64,000 nt of DNA from contig CAYYCO010000002.1 of assembly GCA_964470365.1 (NCBI GenBank), forward strand, positions 1,173 through 65,172, in the 5' to 3' direction. This stretch comes from an uncultured Anaeromyxobacteraceae bacterium (GTDB taxonomy: Bacteria > Myxococcota_A > UBA9042 > DTJE01). The notes under the pieces were generated by a model, which saw only the letters and a program-made list of their open reading frames with translations, had not been told where the DNA came from and did no database searches. The position numbers were made by a program, and so were the translations under genes. Positions 54,444-64,000 of the stretch are shown here, piece after piece (within the stretch, counting starts at the first letter, position 1; every line of letters starts with the position of its first letter).

Positions 54444-57400
54444 TCGGAATCCTGTACCTCAACCTGGTGTCGTAATTACGGCCGATGTCTTCCTGGTCGG
54501 TCGAATACTCGACGGCCTTGAGCCTGCCCTCCAGCGAAAGTCCCTCGGTCAGCCTGATCTTGAAACCGGTACTGTACTGGCTGGTGCCGGCCCCCTGCTG
54601 GACCTGGGTCTGGAACTTGAGCCTGCGCCCGATGTGCGCCGACACGTCGAGGTTGACGTCCCCGCTCGCGGAAACGCCGACGCTGACGGAGTCGACGAGG
54701 TCGGCCAGCATCACCTTGACCAGCGAATCGGTGACGCTGCCGGTCAGCAGGTTCATGTTCACGAAGGAACCCGTGCCGGACGTCACCGACTGCCCCGGCG
54801 CAATCCCGGTCAGCAGCAGCACCTGGAGATCGGCCTGGCTGATCCCGCGGTTCGGCGAGGTGATCTCGATGTCGAGGTCCGGGTACCTGCCCGAAAGCGC
54901 AAGATTCACCTGGATCATGTCGCCGTAGAAGGCATCGTTGCCCTCATCTGCCGAAAACCGCGAAGCGGCCACCATGCCGCCGGAAAAGCCGCTGTATTCG
55001 ATGTAAGTCCTGGCCATGACGTCCAGTTCCGGGTGCCCCGCCTCGCCGTCGAAGTCGAGCGTGCCCCGGTAAACCTCGAACTCGCGCCGGACCACGTTGT
55101 ACGTGAACGTGCCGCCGGGAATGACCTCGACGCGGTTCCAGACCTCCGGGTATTTCAATGTTCCGCGCAGGTTCAGGTTCACGCCGAGATCGAGGTTCGT
55201 CTCGCCCACGCCCAGCTTCGTCCTGACGCCGAACGACGACGCCCTGAGCGCGATATCCAGCCTGGCGTCGGCCAGCCAGGGCACCGACTTCAGGAGACCC
55301 GCGCCCGTCCTCCTTGCGACACGGTCGCCCGTGATGCTGGAAAACGCGTTCCGAACGATGTTGAAGTCCTTATGGTACGAACCGTCCGTCACGTCTATCT
55401 GGCCGGAAACCGCAATTCCCGCGTCCGCCGGATCGGCCAGGGCCCCCGGCAGGAGGCCAATCTTCTCGAATGTCGCGGTCAGCCTGGGTTCGGCCACCAC
55501 GAAAAATTCGCCGGTCGAAACATACCTGACCTGCGACCCGTTCAGGCGCAATTCGCCGTTTTCCAGTCGGCCCTCACGGAGCATGGCGCCCCCGGCCAGG
55601 TTGAACGTACCATCCCCGACGGTTCCCGAAATCCAGTGTTCGTCGGGAATTTTCACGGTCGTGTAGGTTCTGCCCGACGGGCCGACCCATGGTTCCAGGA
55701 CGATCTCGCCGCCGCCGTCGATCGATATCGAATCCCCGAAACCCCTGATCCCCATGCCGATCCTGCCGGTTCTGATGATTCCGTCCAGAACCGGGTTTCT
55801 CAGGGTGCCCGACACGAAAAGTCCGCCCTCGCCGGACGCCATTGCCTGATCGCAGCCACCCGGCGCCGCGCGCTGCGCCCCGCCCCTGCCGGAGATCCCC
55901 AGTTCGCCGTCGGCATTGGAAAACACTCCCTTGATGGCCCTCAGCCAGTGCGTGCCGACCGTTCCGCGAACCATCGCCTTCAGGCCCGACGAATCGTGTT
56001 CCCCGCATACTGACAGGCTCGACACGCCGTCGTCCAGGGTCAGTCCGGAAAGCTGGACATGCCCGTCCGATTCAAAAGTCACATGCAGGAAATCACGGTT
56101 TTCGATCCGCGACTGGAGGTTCATCAGTTCGACCCAGAGGCCGCCCGGCGGGGATTCGAGACGACCGGTTATCGCACCGTCCGAAAAAGATGGCATTCCA
56201 ACGTACAGATGGGCCGTCAGGGCGCCGGCGACCTTCCTTTCCGGTATCGACGGGATCACGTCCTGCGGCTTCAGATCGCGTATTTCGATATCGAGATTCA
56301 TGCCGCTGAAGGTGCCGTCCCTCCAGAACACCCTTGAACCCTGTCCCAGTCTCATGGCCCGGAACAGGTGGTCGGAGGACAGCTGAAGATCCCCGCCGGG
56401 AATCCTTTTCGCGGAGGCGCTTACCGGGGCGAAACTGTAACTTCCGTATTCGAAATCCGGCAGATCCACCACCGCTTCCATCGCCGGGTCGGACAGGCTG
56501 CCCGAAACCCGGGCCGTTGCCGAAACGTTCCCCGACAGGACCGAATCGGGCTGCAGCGCAAGGAGTGTCCTTAACGGAACGCCCTTGAGATCACCCGTCA
56601 GGTCCAGCACGTCGTCGTTCAGGTTCCAGCCACCCCTGACCGCAACGGAACCACCCCCGCGCACGAGGGCGTCGGCCGCAAGCATTTCCAGGTTTCCACC
56701 GGTCGCCGACGCCTTGAGGGTGACGAATTCCAGGGCCCTGTCGAATGCCTCGAGCCTGTCCAGGTGGATCACGGCATCACCCGAAACGGTTCCGGCCGGG
56801 TTTGAAAGCGAGAAGCCTATGTGGCCGGAAGCGCCATGCCCGGTGCCCTGGACACCCTTCATGAAAGGCAGCCGGCCGACGTCCACGGCGGCCAGCTTGA
56901 CGCCGTCAAGGACGACCTCGCCGGCACGGCCGTTACGCGCCGGCGAAGGAAGCTCGATTGCCGCGTCGCGGGCCTCCACGCGGGCGAACGGTGCGACCGC
57001 GCGGAAATTCGCGAGCGTCAGCCTTCCGGCATCGAGGGAGGCGATGGCCGAAGCCGACGACACGATCCAGCCGGCGTAATCGAATCCGGCAACCGCAACA
57101 GCGGCGCTTCCCGATGGCGACGACGCCCTTCCCGACAGACGAAGGTCTTCCAGGGCGACCGAGCCGGCCATGGGAACCTTGAACGGCTTCATCAGGGAAC
57201 CGAGGTCCTTGGCGATCCTGCCTGTCGCGAGCAGCCTGTCCCGTTCCAGATCGATCGACCCGCGAAGGTCCATCGTGTCGGTGCCGCACGTCAGGCGGAA
57301 ACCGGAAACGGAAATCGCCGGGCGCATAAGGTTCCTGCCGGACATCGCCGCCGATATGTCGAACTTGTACGTCTTGCCCTGCAGCACCCCGTAACGGCTA

Positions 57401-58776
57401 ATCCTTCCGGATACCGAGCCGCTGGCGGACAGGCGCATCTCCGAAGTGGTGTCGACCGGCCCTGGTCCCTCGGGCCCCCTGACGGAAGACGCTCCCAGCT
57501 TCAGTTCGCCGGAACTGCCGCCGGGGATCGGGATGGCCGCCGGCCTTATCTTCCTGCCGAGCGTACGCAGAATCGCGGCGACATTGACCCTCGTGAAGTA
57601 CAGCGTGGCGGAACTGTTCCACTTCAGTTCGGGATCCGAAGGGAACGGTTCGAACAACCCGTCGGACAGGTAGACCGATGAAACACCGGCCTTCGCGGTG
57701 GCGGCCACGTCGAAAATCCGGTATTCGCCGCCGTCGTCGCGCCCCCCGGACGCCTCGACATGCACGATGCCAAGATCGACCCCGCCCAGTTTCATGGCCG
57801 GCGAATCAAGCTGTGCGGCGAACTCCGGATTCGCGCGGTCGCCGCGCCCGGTGACCGTCAGTGACACCGGCCCCTTCACCAGCCCTCGCCCCGCCGAGTC
57901 CACTACCGGGCTCCCTTCGGGCAGGTCGATACGGGCCGAAAGCGTGTATTTCAGGTTGTCGCCCCACGACAGATACCCGCCGGATGCGTCCAGCGCCCCG
58001 AAGTCGAACCCGGCGCGGAACCGGTCGAACCGAACCTCGTCCCAGTCGTACACCAGGCCGTCGATCAGGCCCTGCCTGAGGATGGTTTCCCCGGGAACCC
58101 CCATGGCCCCGCCGACCCTGACGTGGGCGATGCCCGACAGGTAATTGAAACGCTCCGCATCGACCCTGATGTGCGTCGGGAAGGTCTGGAGACTGAAGTC
58201 GGTCTTCATGTCGATCCCGTCAATCCGGAGGTCCCATTCGGGGAATTCCAGGTACGCCTGGCCGTTGGTGCCGGATACATGCTCGATGCCCATCAGTATC
58301 TGAAGGGGATTCGGGCTCCTGGGTTTCTGGCCCGGAAAATCGAAGGCATCGACCAGTTCGAGGTGGCCCTTGTCGTCAAACTGAAGCAGAACCTGGTAGT
58401 CGTACAGCCTGACCGACGAAAATTCGAGCCGCAGCTTGCGCTGGTCCAGGTTCAGCACGGAATTGACCAGGGGAAGCAGCTTCACGCGGACCCGTACCAG
58501 CCCCGCCTTGATTATCGGCTTGCCGGCCGGTGTCTTGATGGCGAAATCGGTGACGTCGACAATCCACGGTATCGGGCTGATCTGGATCCGGCCGGCCTCG
58601 AAGCTGCCGGGAATCACGCCCGTCAGGGCCTTGAACAGCAGGTCCGGGAAACCGCTGGAATTCAGCACGAAAAACAGGGCGGTGAACACCACGGCGACGG
58701 TAAGGAGCGTCCTCGTCACAAAGATGTACAGGCCGACGCCAACGGCCCTGACAACCTTTCCGAGGGTCACCGCCAT
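54436..58776 (-). CDS. tamB: TamB/AsmA-like translocation-and-assembly-module protein (DUF490-type)
   Basis: N-terminal TM anchor, huge beta-helix-rich body, 8 bp overlap with the downstream Omp85 gene. ATG at 58776 with GGAGAA upstream. Confidence 0.7.
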   Translation of the reverse strand: MAVTLGKVVRAVGVGLYIFVTRTLLTVAVVFTALFFVLNSSGFPDLLFKALTGVIPGSFEAGRIQISPIPWIVDVTDFAIKTPAGKPIIKAGLVRVRVKLLPLVNSVLNLDQRKLRLEFSSVRLYDYQVLLQFDDKGHLELVDAFDFPGQKPRSPNPLQILMGIEHVSGTNGQAYLEFPEWDLRIDGIDMKTDFSLQTFPTHIRVDAERFNYLSGIAHVRVGGAMGVPGETILRQGLIDGLVYDWDEVRFDRFRAGFDFGALDASGGYLSWGDNLKYTLSARIDLPEGSPVVDSAGRGLVKGPVSLTVTGRGDRANPEFAAQLDSPAMKLGGVDLGIVHVEASGGRDDGGEYRIFDVAATAKAGVSSVYLSDGLFEPFPSDPELKWNSSATLYFTRVNVAAILRTLGRKIRPAAIPIPGGSSGELKLGASSVRGPEGPGPVDTTSEMRLSASGSVSGRISRYGVLQGKTYKFDISAAMSGRNLMRPAISVSGFRLTCGTDTMDLRGSIDLERDRLLATGRIAKDLGSLMKPFKVPMAGSVALEDLRLSGRASSPSGSAAVAVAGFDYAGWIVSSASAIASLDAGRLTLANFRAVAPFARVEARDAAIELPSPARNGRAGEVVLDGVKLAAVDVGRLPFMKGVQGTGHGASGHIGFSLSNPAGTVSGDAVIHLDRLEAFDRALEFVTLKASATGGNLEMLAADALVRGGGSVAVRGGWNLNDDVLDLTGDLKGVPLRTLLALQPDSVLSGNVSATARVSGSLSDPAMEAVVDLPDFEYGSYSFAPVSASAKRIPGGDLQLSSDHLFRAMRLGQGSRVFWRDGTFSGMNLDIEIRDLKPQDVIPSIPERKVAGALTAHLYVGMPSFSDGAITGRLESPPGGLWVELMNLQSRIENRDFLHVTFESDGHVQLSGLTLDDGVSSLSVCGEHDSSGLKAMVRGTVGTHWLRAIKGVFSNADGELGISGRGGAQRAAPGGCDQAMASGEGGLFVSGTLRNPVLDGIIRTGRIGMGIRGFGDSISIDGGGEIVLEPWVGPSGRTYTTVKIPDEHWISGTVGDGTFNLAGGAMLREGRLENGELRLNGSQVRYVSTGEFFVVAEPRLTATFEKIGLLPGALADPADAGIAVSGQIDVTDGSYHKDFNIVRNAFSSITGDRVARRTGAGLLKSVPWLADARLDIALRASSFGVRTKLGVGETNLDLGVNLNLRGTLKYPEVWNRVEVIPGGTFTYNVVRREFEVYRGTLDFDGEAGHPELDVMARTYIEYSGFSGGMVAASRFSADEGNDAFYGDMIQVNLALSGRYPDLDIEITSPNRGISQADLQVLLLTGIAPGQSVTSGTGSFVNMNLLTGSVTDSLVKVMLADLVDSVSVGVSASGDVNLDVSAHIGRRLKFQTQVQQGAGTSQYSTGFKIRLTEGLSLEGRLKAVEYSTDQEDIGRNYDTRLRYRIPIE

Positions 58777-59113
58777 CCGGGTTCTCCATGCCTGCGGGCC
58801 GTGCGGCGCATCCGCGCTGCGGGCGCACACTCCCACGGGTACAACAATTTAGCAGACGTGTGGATAAATACACAGTTAACGACCTTTTCACGCGCGTCCG
58901 CGTGGGGCAGGCGCGTCCGCCGGGGCGCCGTAACCCGCATCGCCGGAGTCTTTCGGGCAGCCTGGACAAAACGCGCACACGATGGCGCCCGAGCCACCGG
59001 ATATCCAGCCGGCGCCGAATCGATGCCAAACGAGAACACTTTAATATCAATCGGTTACGCATCAGGCACGCCGATTGCTGCAATGGCCGGGACCCCGTAC
59101 CAGGTTATGGACG

Positions 59114-60643
59114 ATGAACGTTCGGGTATCTTCGGCCGTGTTGTGCGGCATCGACGGGTTGATGGTCGACGTCGAGGTCGACATCCACCCGGGCGTCGGA
59201 CACTTCGACATCGTCGGCCTGCCGGAAGCAGCGGTCAGGGAAAGCCGCGTGCGGGTCACGTCGGCGATGCGCAATCTCGGACACCGGATAACCAGCCGCT
59301 GGATCACGGTGAACCTGGCCCCGGCGGACGTCCGGAAATCGGGCACCCTGTATGACCTGCCGATCGCGGTCGGGGCGCTTGCCTGTATGGACCAGATACC
59401 GCCTGCTTCCCTCGACGGACGCCTCGTGGTCGGCGAACTGTCCCTGGACGGCCAGGTGCGGCCGGTTCCGGGCGTGCTCCCGATGGTCTCCGCGGCCCGC
59501 GACGCCGGCCTTGCCGAGGCGGTCGTGCCGGTCGAAAACGCGTGCGAGGCCGCCGTCGTCCAGGGGATCCGCTGCATACCGGCAGGGTCGCTGTCCGACC
59601 TCATCGCCCACCTCGCCGGCACGGCACCGATCGCCCCCAGCCCCGGCCCGACGGCATCCCCGTGCGCCGGGACGGGAATCGACCTCGCCGACGTCCGCGG
59701 CCAGGCCCAGGTTAAACGCGCCCTGGAAATCGCCGCGGCCGGCCGTCACAACATGATCATGATCGGGCCGCCCGGATGCGGCAAAACGATGCTCGCCAGG
59801 CGGATCGTGTCGATCCTTCCCGGCATGACCTACGACGAAAGCCTCGAAACCAGTCGCGTGTACAGCGTTGCCGGACTCCTGCGCCACCGGGGCGGCCTGA
59901 TATCTGAACGCCCGTTCAGGACGCCGCACCACACCGGCTCCGCGGCATCAATCGTCGGCGGCGGCTCCAATCCCAGGCCCGGCGAGGTGTCGCTGGCGCA
60001 CAACGGCGTGCTGTTCCTGGACGAACTGCCGGAATGGCGCCGGGAAGTGCTGGAAGTGCTGCGCCAGCCGGTCGAGGAGCGCCACGTCGTCATCACTCGG
60101 GTCAGGCAGGCCGTCGCGTTCCCCGCCGATTTCCTGCTCATCGCGGCGATGAACCCGTGTCCGTGCGGTTATCTGGGCGACCCGCGCCACGAATGTTCCT
60201 GCACGTCCGGCGAAATATCGCGGTACCGGGCAAAAGTGTCGGGGCCGCTGCTCGACCGCATGGACATCCAGGTGGAAGTGTCCCCCGTGCCGTTCAGGGA
60301 ACTGTCGTCCGCGCCCCCGACCGGGGGCGGCTCGGCGGCCGCTGGAAAACGCGTCGAGGCGGCGGCTGCCAGCCAGCGTGACAGGTTCGCCGGAACCGCG
60401 ACCAGGTTCAACGGAAGAATGGATTCGAACCAGGTTCGCCGCCACTGCCAGGTACCCGAGGACGCCTTGAGGATCCTTGAACACTCGATGGACAGGCTCG
60501 GACTTTCGGCGCGGGCGCTGGACAGGATACTGAAGGTGGCCCGCACCATCGCGGACCTTGACGGCGGCGGCCCGGTACGGACCGAGCATGTCGCGGAGGC
60601 GGTGCAGTACAGGCTTATGGACCGCTCGATCGCGGACCAGTGA
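59114..60643 (+). CDS. comM: YifB/ComM-family Mg-chelatase-like AAA+ ATPase
   Basis: N-terminal Lon-protease-like domain (...GLPEAAVRESRVRV...), Walker A GPPGCGKT, sensor motifs, C-terminal ChlI-like region. Confidence 0.85.
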   Translation: MNVRVSSAVLCGIDGLMVDVEVDIHPGVGHFDIVGLPEAAVRESRVRVTSAMRNLGHRITSRWITVNLAPADVRKSGTLYDLPIAVGALACMDQIPPASLDGRLVVGELSLDGQVRPVPGVLPMVSAARDAGLAEAVVPVENACEAAVVQGIRCIPAGSLSDLIAHLAGTAPIAPSPGPTASPCAGTGIDLADVRGQAQVKRALEIAAAGRHNMIMIGPPGCGKTMLARRIVSILPGMTYDESLETSRVYSVAGLLRHRGGLISERPFRTPHHTGSAASIVGGGSNPRPGEVSLAHNGVLFLDELPEWRREVLEVLRQPVEERHVVITRVRQAVAFPADFLLIAAMNPCPCGYLGDPRHECSCTSGEISRYRAKVSGPLLDRMDIQVEVSPVPFRELSSAPPTGGGSAAAGKRVEAAAASQRDRFAGTATRFNGRMDSNQVRRHCQVPEDALRILEHSMDRLGLSARALDRILKVARTIADLDGGGPVRTEHVAEAVQYRLMDRSIADQ

Positions 60644-60661
60644 AACCCACAAGGAGGAACC

Positions 60662-61717
60662 ATGGGAAAGAAGCACGAAGAACTGATGGACGACCTTGAC
60701 AGGCTCATCGCAACGATGGACAGACAGTTCGGCAAGGGCGCGGTCATGCGTTACGGCGACGGCCCGGTCGAACGGGTTCCCGCCTTTTCCACCGGCAGCA
60801 TCTCGCTGGACAGGGCGCTTGGTATCGGCGGCATCCCCAAGGGACGCATCATCGAGGTGTATGGACCGGAATCGTCCGGCAAGACGACACTGACCATGGA
60901 GGTGATTGCCCAGGCGCAGAAATCCGGGGCGGTTGCCGCATTCATCGACGCCGAACACGCCTTCGACATCACCTACGCGCGCAACCTGGGAATCAGGGTC
61001 GAAGACCTCCTGGTCAGCCAGCCCGACTACGGCGAACAGGCCCTGGACATCGCCGAAACCCTGGTGCGCAGCGGCTCGATCGACCTCATCGTCATCGATT
61101 CGGTCGCCGCGCTTGTTCCGAAGGCGGAAATCGAGGGCGAAATGGGCGACAGCCACGTCGGGCTCCAGGCCCGTCTCATGTCCCAGGCTCTGCGCAAGCT
61201 GGTCGGGCTCTGTTACAAACAGGACTGCACCGTGATTTTCATCAACCAGCTGCGCCAGAAGATTGGCGTTATGTTCGGGAATCCCGAAACGACGACCGGC
61301 GGTAACGCCCTGAAATTCTATTCCTCCATCAGGCTGGACGTCAGGCGCAAGGGCTCCCAGAAGGACGGCAACGTCGTGACCGCCAACAGGGTCAGGGTCA
61401 AGGTCGCGAAAAACAAGATGGCCCCGCCATTCCTGGAGGCCGAATTCGACATCGTGTTCGGCGAGGGCATAAACCGCACGCTCGACCTTGTGGAGGCGGC
61501 CGAATCGATGGGACTGATCGAAAAATCGGGGTCGTGGCTTTCCTTCATGGGCGAACAGCTCGGGCAGGGACGCGACCAGGCGGAAAAACGCCTGCGGACC
61601 GACGATGCCCTGCGTGCCAGGATGATGGAAGCGGTACGCAACGGTCCCGTGCCGTCCGTCACCGCCGGCGCCTGCCCCGTCCCCGCTTCCCCCGAGGCCG
61701 ACGAAGACGCGGCATGA
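60662..61717 (+). CDS. recA: Recombinase RecA
   Basis: GPESSGKTT Walker A. L1/L2 loops ...SQALRKL... and GNALKFY. AAGGAGG RBS. Confidence 0.97.
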   Translation: MGKKHEELMDDLDRLIATMDRQFGKGAVMRYGDGPVERVPAFSTGSISLDRALGIGGIPKGRIIEVYGPESSGKTTLTMEVIAQAQKSGAVAAFIDAEHAFDITYARNLGIRVEDLLVSQPDYGEQALDIAETLVRSGSIDLIVIDSVAALVPKAEIEGEMGDSHVGLQARLMSQALRKLVGLCYKQDCTVIFINQLRQKIGVMFGNPETTTGGNALKFYSSIRLDVRRKGSQKDGNVVTANRVRVKVAKNKMAPPFLEAEFDIVFGEGINRTLDLVEAAESMGLIEKSGSWLSFMGEQLGQGRDQAEKRLRTDDALRARMMEAVRNGPVPSVTAGACPVPASPEADEDAA

Positions 61718-62088
61718 CGTCGTTCGATTCGGCGCCGGGTGGCGCGCCACGTGGCCCCGGGGTTATCACCCCCCGTTTTCCCGGGGTTGACACCCCGGGC
61801 TCTGAATGGCGGGCCTCCCTCCGGTCGGGCCGTCCGGGACGATGGCGGGGCGTTTAAGGCGGGACTGCCAATCCGGAGCGAATGCGGAGGATTGCGCTGC
61901 CCGCCAACGTGCCGGCCTGACACGCCGAAGCCCTGGCGGAGGCGGTTCAGGCACAACTGCGTCCATGTCGGCGCGTGCGATCCGGGAGGGCGAATGTCAT
62001 TCGCCCCTACGAGGCGGTCGGGCCGGACGTTGCATCCGGATGGCAACGGGACAATACTCGGTCATCCCATATGAATGGCGGTGACGTC

Positions 62089-62289
62089 ATGGCCGACAGC
62101 GTGAAAGGCCCGATGCCCTGTGAAAACTGCGGGTTCAGGGCGAAATACGACAACAACCCCGCATCACTGCTGGGCAGGATCTGGCGCTGGCATGCCGGAT
62201 GGTGCCCCGGCTGGAAAAAATACATGGCGTCCCTGCCCGACGACAGGCGCCGTGAACTGGCCGAACGTTATCACATGAAAACCTGGTGA
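62089..62289 (+). CDS. Small hypothetical Cys-containing protein (66 aa)
   Basis: MADSVKGPMPCENCGF...WCPGW. The track ORF begins earlier at 61975. Weak call. Confidence 0.3.
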   Translation: MADSVKGPMPCENCGFRAKYDNNPASLLGRIWRWHAGWCPGWKKYMASLPDDRRRELAERYHMKTW

Positions 62290-62344
62290 ATGCAGGGCGG
62301 AACAACGTGGAAACCGGCTGGCGGGCGCGGGAACGAAGTCCCGG

Positions 62345-63130
62345 TCACACGATGAACGGGATCAGGGCCTTGCGGTCCTTCGGGTAATCCGGGAAACTGT
62401 CCTGGTACCACTTGTGCGACGAAATCGCGCGCGGCGCCAGGTTCGCGGTCGTCCACATCACGAACACGAAACCCGGGAAACACCACGTCGCAATCGCATA
62501 CCCCGTCCATTCAAGCAGTTCGCCCAGGTAATTCGGGCAGGAAACGAACCTGAACATGCCGCCGTGCGGAATCTTGTACCCGGTTTCGCCCGGTTTCAGC
62601 AGGTTGCGCAGGATCGAATCGGACTGCTGGTTGATGAAGAACCCGATGAAAAACACGACGACGCCGATGATGAAGCGGGGATCCCACAGCCAGGAAACGT
62701 CGTACGTCGGCCCCAGCGTGTTGATCCAGCGGCTGACGATGTACGCGTTGAGCAGGTTGAAAATGAACCCGAACAGCGCGATCGACAGCGGCATGTCCCT
62801 GCGGTTTCCGCGAAGGCGGAACGGGAAGATGAACGTCCGGTTGATGTAGTGCAGTTCCCAGATGCACAGGAACACAATCGGCAGGACACTGGACGTCCGT
62901 TCACCCATGAAAAACAGGACGGCGAACAGCACCGGCGCCGGGAATTCCATGAGGACCCAGCCCAGGGTGTCGTTCATGCGCGGCCCCCAGCCCTTGCGTG
63001 TCGTGCGGCCGTACGGCGCCGACACGAACAGCAGCGCCGCGAACACGATGGCCCCGAGCGCCAGGAAACCGATCATCAGGTACAGGTGGAACTGGGCCTC
63101 ATGTGCCAGGAACCATTCCATTTTTGTCAC
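62345..63130 (-). CDS. 3-oxo-5-alpha-steroid 4-dehydrogenase (steroid 5-alpha-reductase/TECR) family membrane protein
   Basis: Polytopic protein with C-terminal ...GGMFRFVSCPNYLGELLEWTGYA... matching the Steroid_dh signature. GTG at 63130 overlaps the upstream stop by 4 bp. Alternative ATG at 63121. Confidence 0.75.
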   Translation of the reverse strand: MTKMEWFLAHEAQFHLYLMIGFLALGAIVFAALLFVSAPYGRTTRKGWGPRMNDTLGWVLMEFPAPVLFAVLFFMGERTSSVLPIVFLCIWELHYINRTFIFPFRLRGNRRDMPLSIALFGFIFNLLNAYIVSRWINTLGPTYDVSWLWDPRFIIGVVVFFIGFFINQQSDSILRNLLKPGETGYKIPHGGMFRFVSCPNYLGELLEWTGYAIATWCFPGFVFVMWTTANLAPRAISSHKWYQDSFPDYPKDRKALIPFIV

Positions 63131-64000
63131 CTCTTTTCAAGCAGCCCGGCTTCCTTGAACCAGGCGTAAATGTCCTTGATCGTCTCGTCGAACGGCCTGG
63201 GATCGTACCCCAGTTCGCGCGCCGCCTTGTCGTGACGGATGTCGTGGTTGGCGCGCAGGGCGTTCAGCGATTCCGGAGTGAACAGCGGCGGGATGCTGGT
63301 GTGCATCGAAATGAACAGGGCCGCCGGGGCGACCGCGCGCGCCAGCCACATGGGGCACAGGAACTTCGGCGCCGGCCTTCCACACACCTTTTCGAAGCGC
63401 TGAGCCAGTTCCCTGAAAGGGATGTAGTGCCCGCCGAGCAGGTAAAGCTCGCCGGTCCGGCCCTTCTTTTCGGCCGCGATGGCGCCGGCCGCCACGTCGC
63501 GGACATCCACCCAGTCGAATCCTCCGACGACCCCGCCGGGAAGAGTGCCGCGCGCCAGCGACAGGAAAACGGTGCCCATACGCGACAGCTTGTAATCAAG
63601 CGGCCCGATGACACCGGTCGGGCAGACCACGACCGCGTCCAGTCCCCTTTTCACGGCGTCAAGGATCTTCAGTTCGCCGTCACCCTTCGAGATATCGTAT
63701 GCCGGGGTGCCCTTGCCCCACGACCGCTCGCGCGTTTCGTCGACCGGCTTGTCCAGGTCGGTGTTGATGTTCCGGGCGTGGATCGAGCTGAAGTGGACCA
63801 GCCTGCGGACCCCGCACTGCAGGCAGGCCTCGGCAACGTTGGCCGCACCTTCGACGTTGATGGCGCGGACCAGGCCGCCCTCCGGACCGATGATCGATAT
63901 CCTGGACGCAAGGTGGTAAACCACGTCCGCGCCGGCGAATGCGGCCTTCAGGCTTTCCAGGTCGCGGACATCCCCGTACACCCTCTCGACGTCAAGACCG
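63127..64000 (-). CDS. NAD-dependent epimerase/dehydratase / 3beta-hydroxysteroid-dehydrogenase-like SDR (partial; N-terminus beyond window edge)
   Basis: Extended SDR with YDISK (YxxxK) catalytic motif. ORF is open to the end of the window. Confidence 0.7.
   Translation of the reverse strand, partial: GLDVERVYGDVRDLESLKAAFAGADVVYHLASRISIIGPEGGLVRAINVEGAANVAEACLQCGVRRLVHFSSIHARNINTDLDKPVDETRERSWGKGTPAYDISKGDGELKILDAVKRGLDAVVVCPTGVIGPLDYKLSRMGTVFLSLARGTLPGGVVGGFDWVDVRDVAAGAIAAEKKGRTGELYLLGGHYIPFRELAQRFEKVCGRPAPKFLCPMWLARAVAPAALFISMHTSIPPLFTPESLNALRANHDIRHDKAARELGYDPRPFDETIKDIYAWFKEAGLLEKR

Noticed and set aside
59948-61750. 600 aa minus-strand ORF antisense to comM and recA
   Set aside because: It would overlap recA, which is the strongest call in the window. 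Classic GC-rich shadow ORF.
1-64000. CRISPR arrays, IS elements/transposases, integrases, rRNA
   Set aside because: No short regularly spaced repeats, no transposase/integrase-like translations in any frame, no rRNA-like conserved stretches were seen.

Overview
This 64 kb window is high-GC DNA, judged by eye at about 65-68% GC. It probably comes from a Myxococcota-type genome. The evidence is a MYXO-CTERM-like sorting tail, a myxobacterial cysteine-rich repeat protein, an FG-GAP/VCBS giant protein and many Sec/lipobox lipoproteins. Gene order runs as follows. (1) tRNA-Arg(TCG) at 96-171, followed by a 150 bp imperfect direct repeat that re-uses the 3' two-thirds of the tRNA. The repeats flank a secreted EEP-family phosphoesterase gene. 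An AbiEi/AbiEii abortive-infection pair sits just downstream, in DNA that looks lower in GC than its flanks. (2) The most unusual feature is a divergent cluster at 6.9-18.3 kb. The minus-strand operon encodes two paralogous radical-SAM/SPASM enzymes, a B12-binding radical-SAM enzyme, an LPG-synthase-type flippase-like membrane protein and a large polytopic GT-C-like membrane protein. Two lipoproteins follow in the same orientation. A 314 bp intergenic region separates it from a plus-strand operon encoding a NifH/BchL-like ATPase, a NifD/BchN-like subunit carrying an unprecedented ~235 aa N-terminal extension, and a NifK/BchB-like subunit. Together these look like an uncharacterised nitrogenase-like reductase with its own radical-SAM toolkit. 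(3) Next come a lipoprotein, a Cys-rich repeat protein, a MATE efflux pump, a YkgJ-type CxxCxxCC protein and tRNA-Lys(CTT). Then come an RND efflux pair (adaptor plus permease), a CocE/NonD hydrolase, a FadL-type outer-membrane channel, a ferredoxin-nitroreductase fusion, a HAD hydrolase and an APC permease. (4) Next is a receiver-domain/PEP-binding protein, then housekeeping genes gdhA and grpE, a DHH phosphoesterase and tRNA-Met(CAT). (5) A satellite locus holds three tandem EutN/CcmL/PduN-type microcompartment vertex (BMC-P) genes, next to a giant FG-GAP protein. (6) The window ends with rluB, an oversized Omp85 paired with a TamB-like protein, comM/yifB, recA, and a steroid-5alpha-reductase-family gene next to an SDR epimerase/3beta-HSD-like gene that is truncated by the window edge. 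No CRISPR array, rRNA, transposase or integrase was found. Many long antisense ORFs in the track are high-GC shadow ORFs and were not called. All calls come from reading the sequence and the translations, with motifs recalled from memory. No database search was run.
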